DNA from: Piromyces finnis finn | Lineage: Eukaryota > Fungi > Neocallimastigomycota | Assembly: GCA_002104945.1 (NCBI GenBank) | Contig: MCFH01000087.1 | Location: 1 to 64,000, forward strand | Length of the DNA: 64,000 nucleotides | Direction: 5' to 3' | Part shown: piece after piece, positions 48,970-63,138 of the stretch | How the letters are laid out: each line of letters starts with the position of its first letter | Numbering within the stretch: position 1 is the stretch's first letter | Position numbers and translations under genes: made by a program | Notes under the pieces: generated by a model | Told to the model about the DNA's origin: nothing | The model's input: the letters and a program-made list of their open reading frames with translations, nothing else | The model's database searches: none

Positions 48970-51900
48970 ATAAGCGATATCAATAGGCTTCCTATTGTTC
49001 TTTAAATATAATAAGAAGATATTTTGGTTTCTTGGGTTATCTTCAACTTCACTAGAAGGAACCCAATTATATTGAGAACGGTATTTGCATCTAATTTTGT
49101 ATTCATACCGTTTAAGTTTATAATTAGTTCGAAATCCCGCAATCTCAATGATGTCTTTAATTGATTCGGGATCCTTTGCTCTTGATAAAAATCTTGAAGG
49201 GGTAGGAATAAAAGGTTCAAGTTCCGAAATATGGAAGATTGGATGATGTTTTGGGAAAGGAGAGTTGTGTATATCTATTTTATAATTGTTATTTTCCAAA
49301 ACATATAAAACTTTATAGGGTCCATATTTACAAGGAGAAAGTTTTGGAGTTTCTTCCGTAGAAAAGGATGGAGGAGCTTGAATCCAAACTTTATCGCCAA
49401 CTTTAAATATAGGAGGTGACATCCTTTTCTTATCGGCATGTTTTTTATATAAATCCTTGGCTCTAAATAAAACTTCTTTAACATAATTAAAATTATCACA
49501 AACATTTCTAATAAAATTATTATTAGTATAGGATTTGTCATAAAGAAAAACATCATCAACGGGAGGGTGGAATCCATAGTTAATAAAGAAAGGACTTTGT
49601 TTGGTAGACTCATTAATAGAATTGTTATAAACAAATTCGGCTAAGTGAATCCATTCAACCCAATCATCATGATAATAGGACTTTGAATAACAGCGGAGAT
49701 ATTGTTCAATAAAAGAGTTACATCTTTCAACTTGCCCGACCGTTTCATGATGATCAGTGGTAGCAATTTTAGTTTTAACTTTAAGTTCTTCCATTAAACT
49801 ATTCCAAAGATCACTAGTAAATTGAGAACCACGATCAGTATAATTATCAGAAGGCAATCCATGAAGTTTGAATATATTTTTAATAAAAGCTGTAGCTGTT
49901 TGTTTAGCATCGGGTATTTTCTTAAAAGGAACTAAATGAATCATTTTTGAAAATCTATCTACAGTAACCATTAGAACAGTATATCCTTTAGAATCAGGTA
50001 AACCACATAAAAAGTCAATTTCAACAGAACGCCATGGTCTATCAGGAGTTTCTAAAGATTGTAAAGGACCATATTTTTTGTGTTTATTGAATTTGTTTCT
50101 AGTACAAGTTTCACAAGAATTAACAAATTCAGTTACATCTTTATGAATTTTTGGCCACCAATAGTTTCTAGTAACTAATTCTTCAGTTCTTTTAATACCC
50201 AAATGACCAGCAGCAGGATTTTCATGGTATCGCATAAGTACTTCTAATCTTAAAGCTTCAGGAATATATATTAAATTATTATAAAGAATCATATTATTTT
50301 AAATCTTGAATTTATTCATTTTTCTAAAAGGTCTATAAAAATAACCTTGATTAGCATTATTTGGTGCAAAATATAATCTAATATCGTTTGCAGTATCATC
50401 TGTTTTAGTATATTCGATAACTTTATCAATAAAGTCACTAAGAATTCCCACAAAACATGGAATGTTTTTAACATTTTTTATATCTAAAATATGCTAAGGT
50501 TTTATTTGTTCATTACCAGAATTATAATCAGGTCTTCTAGAGAGACTATCTGGCTTACCATTTTTTCTTCCTTGGCGATAAATTAATTCAAAATCATATT
50601 CTTGAAAGAAGAGATGCCAACGATGTTGACGTTGATTTTGAATTTTTCCACCTAAAGTATAAAGTAAATTGCGGTGGTCTGTATAAACTTTTACTTTAAA
50701 TTTAGCACCTAAAAGTAGATGTCGCCAAGCCGAAAAAGCAGATTTAATAGAAAGAAGTTCTTTATCTGTAATAGAATAGTTCCTTTCTGTATCATTTAAA
50801 CTTCTGGAAAAATAAGCAACAGGATGTAGTTTTTTATCATCATCATATTGAGATAAAACGGAACCTATTGCGAAATTGCTGGCATCACATTCTACTATAA
50901 ACGGCCTATTAGTGTCAGGAAAAACTAAAACGGGAGAGGTAATTAATTTATTTTGTAAATTTACGAAAGCATCATCACATATCTTATCCCAATGAAACTT
51001 AACATTTTTCCTAGTTAAATTATGTAAAGGTTTGGCGATTTTGGCAAAATTATTAACAAACCTTCTATAATAATTACAAAGACCAAGAAAGCGTTGAACA
51101 TCTTTAATACATTTTGGTCTAGGCCATTCTTTAATAGCTTCGATCTTCTTTGGATCAGTAGAGATACCATTACCTGAAATAGTGAAACCTAAGAATTCAA
51201 CTTCATTTTTATGAAATTCACATTTTTCAAATTTTGCATATAAGTTGTTTTGTATTAATTTATCTAAAACAGATCTTACATGGTTGATATGATCGTTGAG
51301 ATTTTCTGAGAAAATTAAAATATCATCCATGTATAAAATAACAAATTTATCCAAATATTCGCGTAATATTGAATTTATGAATGATTGAAATGTTGCTGGA
51401 GCATTTTTTAATCCATATGGCATTACTAAATATTCGTAATGACCAAACTTTGTTCTAAAAGCAGTCTTATATTCATTACCTTCTTTTATTCTTATCAAAT
51501 TATAAGCTGATCTCAAGTCCAATTTAGTGAAAAATTTTGAACCCCTAACCCTTTCAATGATATCTGAAATTAAAGGTAAAGGGTACGAATTTCTTACTGT
51601 TACAGCGTTTAACTTTTTGTAATCAATACAGACCCTTAATGAGCCATCTTTTTTCTTCTGGAAAACAACAGGGTAACCTGCAGGAGATTCAGAGGGCCTA
51701 ATAAAACCTTTTTTAAGATTTTCATTAATATATTCTTGTAAGGCTTCTTCCTCTTGTCTTGATAAAGGATAGATAGGTCCATAATGTAAAGTGGCGTCAT
51801 TTTCTAGAACTATTTTACAATCAGTTAAACGGTGTGGAGGTAACTTATCAGCTTTTGATTTGCTGAAAACAACAGCAAGATCTTTATATTCATTAGGGAT

Positions 51901-52650
51901 ATCATCCATGATAAGGGTTAGGTCATTTTCTTCATCATCTTCAAAATCTTCGATATTTTCAGATAAAAATGAATGGATAAAATAATTGATATCACTCTTA
52001 TTAGAAGACATAGAACTATTATCTTTAACTTGAAGATTAGATTTATGAGAGAAATTAGTAGAATTATTATTAGTATTATCGGAAAATGAATAATTAAAAT
52101 CTTTTTTAGAATGAGAAATTTTTAAATTTTTTGAAAAAATTTTTAAATTCTTATTATTGAAGTGTTTAAAATTATTAAAATATAAATGATTATTTTTATA
52201 ATTAAAATGAATCTTAAATTTCTTCATGAATTTATTTCCAAATAATAAATCCATAGGAATATGTTCTGAAACTAAGAATTTTTCTTTAAAAGATATAAAA
52301 TAAAATTTGTTTTTGATAAAAATTTTTAATTGAAATTTTAAATAAACATAATCATTGATATCAGTAGTAAACCCACTAATACCTTTTATAATCAATTTGT
52401 TTTTTAATTTTCTTTTAATTAAATTATATTTTTCTACAAATATGGTAGAAATAAAGTTGCATGAGGAACCTGAATCAAGTATTGAATTACAGGTTATTGG
52501 AGAATTGGTAATAAAATTAGAGTTGTTATTTAGAAATTCTTTAGGAATATATGAATTAAAGGTTAAAAATGAATTTAAATTGGGATTTTCTTTGTTCTCT
52601 AGAGATGGGAAATTATAATAAATAATTTTTGGTGTATTATGAACATCCAT
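48964..52650 (-). pseudogene. pol: Pol of E2 with two premature stops
   Basis: Colinear with E1 pol. GAG>TAG at about 50495 and CAA>TAA at about 50301 split it into ORFs 50494..52650 and 48964..50292. Confidence 0.9.
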
Positions 52651-52673
52651 TGACGTCTTATGGTGTTCATTGT

Positions 52674-54508
52674 TTAAAAATTTTTTGAAGAAATTTTTTG
52701 AGTTTTTGTAGTGGAATAATTATTATTATTATTATTACCACCATTGTTATTAGTTGAATAATTAGATTTTAAATTATTATTGTTATTATTATTATTGTGA
52801 TATTTTTGATAATTGTTTCTATTATTATTATAATTATTGTTATTGTTATTATAAAAAGAATTTTTTCTTCCATGGCTTTTATTATTAATTTGGTTTAACT
52901 TTTTATTTGAAACATTGTGTAAAAGTTTTATAAATGTAAAACAGATTATAAAATTTTTTACAATAAAACAACAACACAAAATAAAGAAAAACAAGAAAAT
53001 AAATTATATTTAAAAAAATATCTCTTTTATTAATTTTATTTAGTTATTAACTAAATAATAGTCAATAACAATTACATCGTTTTAATTAAGAAAATTTACA
53101 TGTATTTATATTTTTTGTAAATTATATTTTAATATACTATTCTATTTAATTATACATATATTCAATATAAAATAAACAAAACTAATTTAATACTAATTTA
53201 ATTAAATAATAAAATAATAAAACTAAACTAAAACTAATTAAATACACTTTTGATTCAATTTGAGTAAACTTGCAAATTGAATACAGTCCATGTATTACCT
53301 ATATATTAATTAAATATTAATAATACTATTTATTATATATTTATAATTAAAAATGCTAATTTAAAACTACGCTAAAGTTATTAAACTAATTTTAATTAAA
53401 TAAAAACTTTTTAAGATTTAATTTGAATATTTAAAATATTTAAATTTAATTATCCATTAATTTAAATATTTATCCAAATTTCATTTCTAACTTTGATATT
53501 TTAAAATTAATATTTATTTAATTATTCCATAAAATTTATACAATAAATTTTATAAACAATTTTTTCATTAAAATATCAAAATTATTATTCAATAATTATT
53601 AATTAATTATTAAATAATTTAAAGATATACTTTATATCTTTACACATTGTTTTGTTCAAATAAAATACATCTTGTGAAAATAGCTTCGAGAGTAGTAGGA
53701 AAGTCATATAATCTTTCAATATCTTCTTGATACTTAGGATGAAGACCAGTATAAAACATAAGAGTAACAGCTTCTTGATCCCAGTTAAAATATTGAATAT
53801 ATGATCTAAATTCTTCCATATATTCATTAATTTTTCCATATGTTTGTTTCAATTTACTTAGCTTGATCTTAGCTAATTTACGGCTTGAAACATTTGGAAA
53901 AGCGTTTTTTAATTCTCCTAATAATTCGAACATAGTAGAGGGATGGGTATTTCCACTGTATCTTGTTAAATACTAAGTTCTAGCAATTCCTCTTAATCTT
54001 GTTTTAACAAAATTAATTTTGGCTTCTTCCATCATATGTTTATTAGGATAGGTGCTAAAGTATCTTCACAAATTTGACAGAATGGTTCAGTTTCATGAGG
54101 ATCACCAGAAAAAAGACCTGGGTCTGGAACTTGATTTATTGAAGTGGAATATTTTGATCTCATTATTACATCAAAATCCAAATCATATTTTGTAGATGTA
54201 GATGGGGCAATTGAAGGGGTTAGGTCTGGCTGACCACCACTTGGTTTTCCATTCTTATTTAAATACTCTTGAATGGTGTTGATATTGTTAGAGACCGATT
54301 CCAAAACTTGTGCGAAATTAGCAGTATTTCTTTTAATTTCTTGAAACTGAGATTCAATATGTTTTTCAAAGTCTTTAACTTGACTAATAGTAGCAAAGTT
54401 TTCTTGAACGCTGTTCATAATGTCTACAGCAGTAGTTTTAGCATCTTCGCGGAGTTGATTAACCTCATCCATAGTTTGCCAAGAGCTAGCAAAGTTTTGT
54501 TCTGCCAT
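52674..54508 (-). pseudogene. gag: Gag of E2, disrupted by solo LTR L, a TGG>TAG stop and a 1-bp deletion
   Basis: Colinear with E1 gag 11276..12379 once 52918-53649 is removed. Confidence 0.88.
52918..53644. mobile_element. Solo LTR L (727 bp)
   Basis: TGTAAAAG..CTTTACA ends with a perfect 5-bp TSD CATTG. Confidence 0.88.
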
Positions 54509-55157
54509 CCTAAGGTAGTAACCAAAGTTAAGGTGAGATTATTGTCAAGAGTTAGAGTGGATTTAGAATTATAATTAAGTCTACTAGGTTAGGATAGGCT
54601 TAATTATATAGTAAATAATAAATTTTTATAAATAAAAGAGTAATAAATATAGTTTTTTAAGAAATATTTTATTTAATTTTTATAATATAAGTAAATGATA
54701 ATTATTAATTTTAAATATTGAATTTACTATATAAAAATGAGTATAATAATCTCACAAAGAACTTCTTAAAGTTGTTCTTTGTTCAACTTATTTATACTTT
54801 CATTTTTAATATAATGTTGATATTAATAAAGTATAATAATAATATAATTTAAGTTATACATGTATAATAATATAAATATAAATATTAATAAAATATAATA
54901 GTAATAATAATATAATTTTCTTTAAATATCGATATTAATAAGTTGTTAAAAATAATATTAATAATTATTTAAATGAATCTTATTTTACTAATTGGTTTGT
55001 TTAATATTAATTAATTGTTACACTCTATTTATCTCCGGATAATAAATAGCTTTCCAATTAATATTTATATTAAATAAACTATTATTAGTAAAATATTATT
55101 AAATTAATATTTTAATTAATTTAACTAATAATTCAAAATTATGAAATTTCATGAAAT

Positions 55158-55169
55158 TGTAATGAATAC
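55158..55169 (+). repeat. 12-bp stub of a family K LTR (K2) between the E2 LTR and B3
   Basis: TGTAATGAATAC is identical to 1543-1554. Confidence 0.6.
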
Positions 55170-55684
55170 TGTAAAAGGTTTTTTATAATATTAGTTAATA
55201 GGTTATTAAATAGTTAATTAAGTTAGTTATTACCTCTCTATACGAGTTAATAACTAAATAAAGTTTTATAAAAAATAATAAAAGAAAGAAAATAAATATT
55301 ATAACACTAAAATAAATATAAACACTTATATAAATATTTTATGAAATAACTTTTACTTAATAATTATATTTTAATTATATCTTTTATTTATTAATTATAA
55401 TTATCTACATTAATTATTATTATAGTTATTAATTTACTTTAATACTAACGCTAAAGTATTTAACGTTAGTTTTGACTATACTATTTAACTATATGAGTTT
55501 ATTTTCTTTACCACTTGATTGGGTAAAGCAAATAAACTTCCTATTTAATTAATAACCATTAATATATGGTTATGCATATATTTGGCCAATAAATGGTGAC
55601 CAGAATATATGGTTTCAATTGAAATATTTGTGGGCAAACTTATGGCCACAAATATTTCTTACAATGCCCCCCTAAGGAGAAAAC

Positions 55685-58600
55685 CTAGGCAGGGTTTTGG
55701 ACACTAACCATGAATTCCTGGTAGCATTTATCTTGAAATTCCTTGAGTAGCTTATCATAGTGGGAGTTCTTGTCAATGATATCAGCATCAACCCACTCTT
55801 GCCTAAAGTCACTAAAGGTAGCTAAGTATTGGTAGTTATCCTTCTTTCTTCTGGCATTCATGATTTTGATAATTTTCTGGTAGCCCACTGGTGCAGGTGT
55901 TAGTTCTTCAGGTTTGTTATGGTAGGGTTCAAGTTCACTGATATGAAACACTGGGTAGACATTGGGGAAAGGTGACTTGCTGATATCCAACCGGTAGTTG
56001 AGCTTGCTTTCATCAATTCCAATAACCTTGAAGGGACCGTACTTTCTTGCTTGTAGCTTGTAGAAGGGAAGAGGGTTGTAATTTTCTGGTTTTCTTAACC
56101 ACACCAAATCCAGGAGCCTAATTTTAGGGTAGTTAAGTTCTCTTCTATGGTCCAAGTGGTCTAAGAACCGTGTTCTTGATATGTCCAGCATGTGCTTTAA
56201 GTTACCTAAGTTGTGAGCGAAGCTATCTAATATAGGAGCTTCACCAAGTGAGTGGACAAGTTCTGAGTCTTGAGGGTTCATATGTACCTGGTAGTTATAC
56301 AAAGCTAGGAATGGGGACTGCTTAGTAGAACTGTGCACTGCATTATTATAACAGAACTCAGCTAAGTACAAGTACTTCAACCATTCGTCGTCATCAAAGG
56401 TCTTCACAAAGCATCTAAGGTACATACTTACGTAGGAGTTATTGCGTTCTACCTGACCAACTGTTTCATGATGGCCAGTAGTAGCAAGGTTTACTTCTAC
56501 GCCAAAAACCCCATAATGTCCTTCCACAACTTACTAGTGAACTGGACACCACGATCCGTAGTAACCGATTTGGGACAACCATGTAACTTGAATACATGTT
56601 GTAAGTATGCTAATGCTGTTTCTTTAGCAGTAGGCATACTCCTAAAACCCACTAAGTGTATCATCTTGGTTAACTTATCGCTACAAACCATGATACAACC
56701 TCTTCTAGTGACTTCTGGGGGTTCTGAAGGACTACTACCCGGTTTTCTACGTTCCTTAATAGGTAGGTCCGTCAGGAAGTCAATTTCTACTTCTTGCCAA
56801 GGTAAGTCTGCAACTTTTACCCTAGCAGCGCTACCGTACGGCTTGTGTCTGTTGTCCTTTTGGGTACAACATATGGTACAAGCTTTAATATATCCCGCAA
56901 TGTCATCCTTCATTTTTGGCCAGTAGTAGTTTCTGGCTATCAGGTCATAAGTTTTATCTTTTCCCAGATGACCTGCTGTTTCACTATCGTGGTTAAGTTT
57001 TATGATTGTTTCCCTTAACACCTTTGGTACATATGTACGTTCTGGTGCATCCTTTCTAACAATCAACCCATTAACCATCAACCACTTCTTTTTGATGAGC
57101 TTGTGGCCTCTTTTTGCGTCAAGACCATCTCTAATTTCCCTAGCAAGCTCATCCGTGTTGTAAGCTTGTTTCAGTTCTCCCACAAAGCTTACTTCTAACA
57201 CCGCATAGCACTCTTCTTCCACGGGTGGAAATTCTTTTACCTGTTCAGGTCGAAGGAGGCTAGCTTTTTCCATCTCCAGTTGTACCTGTTCTGGAGATAC
57301 CATTCTTGATAGGATATCGGCTCTACCATTCATTTTTCCTGGCCGATATATTATTTCGAAGTTGTATGCAGCAAACAGCTCTTGCCATCTTGCCTGTCTT
57401 GCTGTCAACAACTGTGGTTTTGTGGCGAACAGGAGATTCCTATGGTCACTATATACTAGGACCTTATGTTTCGCACCCATTAACAGGTGTCGCCACTCGA
57501 TGAAAGCGTTCCTAATAGCCAACAACTCCTTTTCTGTGATGGAGTAGTTGATTTCTGCTTTCGTAAGCTTCTTGGAATAGTAGTACACAGGATGTAGTTC
57601 ATTGTCATCGCCTAGTTGTGATAATACACCACCCACTGCGTAGTTACTAGCGTCGCACTCCACTATAAACTGACGGTCATGGTCAGGATATGCTAATACT
57701 GGTGGAGACAACAGCATTTCTTTTAACTTCTCGAACGCCTGGATGCGTTCTTCATTCCACAGGAACTGTACCTTTTTGGACGTCATCGCATATAACGGCC
57801 TTGCTATCTTAGAGAAGTCCTTTATAAACTTCCTATAATAGTTGCAGAATCCGAGGAATGACTGTAGTTCTTTAATGTTGGTTGGTTGTGGCCAACTTGC
57901 TACAGCTTTTAACTTTTCTGGGTCGGTTTTAATACCATATTTTCCAACTACATGACCCAGGAATGCAAGTTCTTCCTTGTGGAACTCACACTTCGCTAAC
58001 TTAGCTACTAGACGATTATCTATTAGCTTTTGTAGGACTCTTTTTACATGCCCTACATGCTCTTCAAGTGACTTGGAGTAGATGATGATATCATCCAAGT
58101 ACACTTGACAGCAGTCGTTGATTTCTTCTGCCAGCACCGTATTAATGAACCCTTGGAACGTGGCAGGAGCATTAGTCAACCCAAATGGCATCACTAGATA
58201 TTCATAATGCCCAAACTTGGTTGAGAATGCTGTCTTGTATTCGTCACCTTCACGAATACGCACGAGGTTGTAAGCAGACTTCAAATCCAACTTGGAGAAG
58301 ATAGTCGCTCCTTTCATAGCCTCGAACACTTGACTGATGAGTGGTAAGGGAAAGGAGTTACGCACTGTTACCTTATTAAGACGCCTATAGTCAGTACATA
58401 ATCGTCTTTCACCACTCTTTTTGGGCACGAATAACACAGGATAAGCTGCAGGACTCTCTGATTTCCTGATGAAGCCCTTTGCCAGGTTTTCCTCTATATA
58501 TTCCTTCAGTGCTTTTTCCTCTTCTGGATTGAAGGGATATATAGGCCCTTTATGAAGACTAGCATCCGGCTCCAGGTCGATCTTACAGTCGTAAGGACGG

Positions 58601-61161
58601 TGTTCTGGTAGCTGGTTAGCTATTTCTTCATTAAATGCTTCTTTGAAATTGTGGTAGTACTTCTCCACGATTTCTTCAGGTGTAGGTTGATTTTCGTTTA
58701 AGTTTTCTTCCTGTACCAACCCTACGTAAATGTGATTTTTCTCTAAGTTTGACTCTTGGACCAACCCTACTGAAACACAAGTTTTCTCTAAGTTGGATTC
58801 AAATGCCAACCCTCCGGAATCACATTTTTTCTCTAAGTCAACACTCTGTACCAACCCTACTGAAACGGGATTTTTCTCTAAGTCAGAACTTCGTGTCAAC
58901 CCTCCGGAAACACATTTTTTCTCTAAGTTAGCACTCGGTACCAACCCTACTGAAACACAAGTTTTCTCTAAGTTGGAACTCGATGCCAACCCTCCGGAAC
59001 TTCCGTTTTTGGTTTCTTTTGTAGCCTTGTGGCTACCATTGCCCACGATTTCGGCTTCAATGTTTTCTGCGGTTACAGTTACCAGAGGCCTTCTTGCCTT
59101 TGCATTAGTAACTGTAGTTATGGGACTTAATTGAGTACAGTAGTAGATATCGCCGCCATTTACACCATAACTGTTGGTGTGTCCTTTATCCTTATCATTA
59201 TCTACTACGAAGTATCTCACTTGTGCATCTTTATCATAACCTCTGTAGATAAAGTGCTCATCCATGAAGCCCAGTCCCACAATGATCATCTCCGGCATGT
59301 TGTCGGATAGGTGACAACTTGTGTTGAAGCAGTATGGTTTAGCTTCTTGTTCGCCAGATGGAGTTAACCATAACTTCAACTGTAAGTCATCTGAGAACTG
59401 CTTTAACTCGATATCTCCATTCACAGTTCTGAATATGGCTGGTTTGTCCACTACCTTTAACCCGAGCTTCTTTGCTAAATTTGGGTGGATGAGGTTTGTA
59501 GTGGAACCATTATCATACAAGACTTCTACCCTTTTTATATCTCGAGGGTTGCTTCTTGCATTTATTTCAGCTACTAGTTGGTTCTGACTGTAGTAGCTGT
59601 TATTGACCGTCGTTTGACTTGCCATAGCCTTAGGTAATGGGTTATTTCCCATACTAGAAGGTCCTTGCCTTGGTTGGAAGCTAGAACTTCTTCTAAAGCT
59701 TGACTTATTTAATGATTCACGACGTTCTTTAGTACCGTTATTGTTTTTTGCGTAAGCCTGAGTGTTGGTTTGCTCAACTTTAGGCTTATTATTTGGCTTG
59801 TTGTTCTTTTGCTTTAACTCAGCCCATCTAGATGGTCTACATGGGTCTGTGATGTCCAACAAGGCCATAATAGTGGTCTGGCGGTCTCTTTTGTCGTACT
59901 TTTCTATGGTTTCATTACGGAAGACTGCTTGGTGATCATCGCACTTTAACAAGACTTCACTTAATGTTTCCAGCGTACGTTCCTGTTCAGGGATATCATA
60001 GAACGCTTCCCTGACAGAAGGCCTGACCTGTTGTATTAACACCTGTCTCCTAACATTTTCAGGGAGCCCAAGTGTTTCCGTCAATTCATTAAACTCTTCC
60101 AAGTAATCGTATGCTTTTCCCCACTCATGTGTGAGCTTAAGCAACTTTGACTTGCAGAGTTCATGGGGAGACTCTGGTGGAAACTTATCTTGAAGGTGGA
60201 GGAATAGTCTTTCAGCATCAGGATTCCTACGCTGCAACATCCTCTCTCTAAGTCTATACCATCTCAATACTTTCCCACCTAGATGATCTTCAATGAAGCT
60301 AACCTTTGCCTTTTCGTCGTTACCATAGTCATATGGGTAACGTTTGAAATGACGTAAGCACTTCTCTTGAAAACCCTCTAAGTCTATCCCATTATTATCA
60401 AACATAGGCACTTTTTCTTCATACCTATGTACTCGCCAGTCGAACATCTTCACGTCCCCATCCTCGGAATATTCCGTAGGGTTGGTGCTGCTACTAGTTC
60501 CAGCACCATGAGGATTACCCGTACCACCGGTTTGATAGGATGTTCTTTCATGAGCTCTGGCTTCAGCTCTTCTGTTCATGGCTTCGACTTTAGCCTCGAA
60601 CAATTTTTCTCTTTCTTCTAGAGCGTTTCGTTGCTCCCTCAATCTGGCCATCTCTTCTTCAAGCTCTTTTTTATAAGAGACAAAGGCACTAGATTGACGG
60701 TACAACGTTTCTTGGTTGTTTAGCACTTGCTGGTGGTCTTGTAACCTTTCCTCATGTTCTGCAGTAAAGGCATTTTCCACAGCATGCAGCTCTTCCAAGC
60801 TAACTTGGCTAGCTGACTCGTTTGCTTCCAACCTTTGATCCACTTCAACAAATTTTTGTTGAAGAGCATCGTTTATCTCGCTCTTGTAAACCTCAATACC
60901 CCGAAGTTGTTCTTCCATAGCACCCAGACGGTTCCCCATACTAGCAAACTGGCTAGATATTTCCGAAACCCATCTATTAAGAAGAACTTTAATGTGTTGC
61001 ATTGGGTTTACCTCACTATTATTAGTAAAAAAGAAAGAAGGATCAACAGGGGTGGGCATAGAATCCCCCTGTTGAACCTGTAAATTCTGATTAGATTCGA
61101 CCTCAGTGCTTTCGAGAAGCACCGGGGTTCGAACCCGTGACATTCCCTCTACACCATCCAT
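55685..61161 (-). CDS. gag-pol: Gag-Pol of B3 with a 1-nt deletion in the integrase core near 56505
   Basis: ORFs 56497..61161 and 55685..56527. TTCTTT in B1 reads TTTTT here (mutation or sequencing error). Confidence 0.9.
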
Positions 61162-61207
61162 GCCATCCGCGCTCGCCGCGTCAGGACGGGTCCCGTCCCT
61201 TACGAAT

Positions 61208-63138
61208 TGATACGTAGAAAAATATTATCTTAATTCTATAAATGAATATAGAAAGTGATAATATTTGTATCTAAAAAAAAATGTTTAATAAATAAAAATA
61301 AAGAAAATAAAAATAAATGATTTTTATACTTGTTCATTTTCAAGTATTAGTTAGTTTTATAAAATAATGTTTATTTAATTATAAATTTTGATATTTAATA
61401 ACTCTAGTATTATTAAATATATATATATTTTGTTATTAATACATCTCGGTATGTATATGAATATAATTATAAGTATTATTTTAATAAATTTAATATTATT
61501 ATCTAATTTTGACGGATTATTAGGAACATTTTTTAAAAATAAGTAATTCTATCACTATTTATACAAAATTATTATTTTAAGATATAATTATAAACAAATA
61601 TAAACTATTTAATTTAAAAAGAAATAAACAATTAAATAAACAAAAAGTTTACGTTTATAATTTTTAATTTAATAATTTTATACATGTTAAATATTTTAAA
61701 TTTTTATCTATATTTTAATTATTATTATTATTATTATTATTAATTTATAATTTATAAATTTAATTATTTATCAATATCTTCGCCCTTAAGATATAACTTC
61801 GTCCCTTGAAGTTACGAAAAGAAAAATAATAGATAAAGAATTAAATTTTATAAGTAATTAAAGATCTTCATTTTATTACTTCTTTTTCTTCTTAGGATTT
61901 TCTTCTTTCTTTCTTTATATGCATGTTTAATTTCCATTGTCCTCCATTAATTTATTTTTAATATATAATTTTCCGGATAGTTTTTCATAGTAGCTGCAGT
62001 GTCTTTTTCAAATAATTTTATTCTTCATTTATATCCACATTAATTAAAGCTTACTTAAGGTTTATTATTATTTAAAGTTTATTTTCTGATACTTTTATTC
62101 CATTATCCACATATTATTTTGAAATTTTTAAAGGCTTTCAGAAGAGCAGGGCAGTTGGGATATAATGTTTTTCTATATGAGTGAAATATACATTATAATT
62201 TTATTATTTTATAATATATAATTGGTATATATTATAATTGATTATGGATTTATAATTGAATTATATTATAATGTTTTTGTATTATAATACTGATTTTATT
62301 TTAAATAATTTGAATATTTAAAATTTTGATATTAATGTTATTTATTTAATTATTGGAATTAAATATTTGTGAAAAATTTTTTTTAATATATATTAATAAT
62401 ATATTGGAATATATTAATATATATTGTTGAAGTATTGTTAATTCCGATTTTAATTAATTTTGAAATTAATTAAATTTGAAGTAGCAGTAGTTTCCTATGG
62501 GGAACAGAGAGGTTCGCGTAATTCCCTCCGGCCTTAAGACTAGCTACGCAGTAGATTTTTGGATTCTCCACCATTTGATACGTAGTTAAATATTATCTTT
62601 ATTCTATAAATGAATATAGAAAGTGATAATATTTGTATCTAAAAAAAAATGTTTAATAAATAAAAATAAAGAAAATAAAAATAAATGATTTTTATACTTG
62701 TTCATTTTCAAGTATTAGTTAGTTTTATAAAATAATGTTTATTTAATTATAAATTTTGATATTTAATAACTCTAGTATTATTAAATATATATATATTTTG
62801 TTATTAATACATCTCGGTATGTATATGAATATAATTATAAGTATTATTTTAATAAATTTAATATTATTATCTAATTTTGACGGATTATTAGGAACATTTT
62901 TTAAAAATAAGTAATTCTATCACTATTTATACAAAATTATTATTTTAAGATATAATTATAAACAAATATAAACTATTTAATTTAAAAAGAAATAAACAAT
63001 TAAATAAACAAAAAGTTTACGTTTATAATTTTTAATTTAATAATTTTATACATGTTAAATATTTTAAATTTTTATCTATATTTTAATTATTATTATTATT
63101 ATTATTAATTTATAATTTATAAATTTAATTATTTATCA
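61208..63138 (-). mobile_element. Family H non-coding miniature LTR element (TRIM-like, 1.93 kb)
   Basis: LTRs 61208-61773 and 62576-63138, 4-bp TSD GAAT, tRNA-Ala PBS TGGTGGAGAATCC (62573-62561), PPT AAGGGCGAAG, and an 802-bp interior with no ORF in the track. Confidence 0.92.

Larger units (their letters stand above)
42277..55157 (-). mobile_element. Family E degenerate copy E2, hosting A2 and solo LTR L; 5' LTR cut by K2
   Basis: 3' LTR 42277-42915 and 5' LTR 54543-55157 (truncated). Pol and gag are homologous to E1 but carry stops and a 1-bp deletion. Confidence 0.92.

Noticed and set aside
50290-53980. CAA>TAA and TGG>TAG (CpA>TpA) stops in E2 as evidence of RIP
   Set aside because: Only two events, other differences go in both directions, and other repeated copies are intact.
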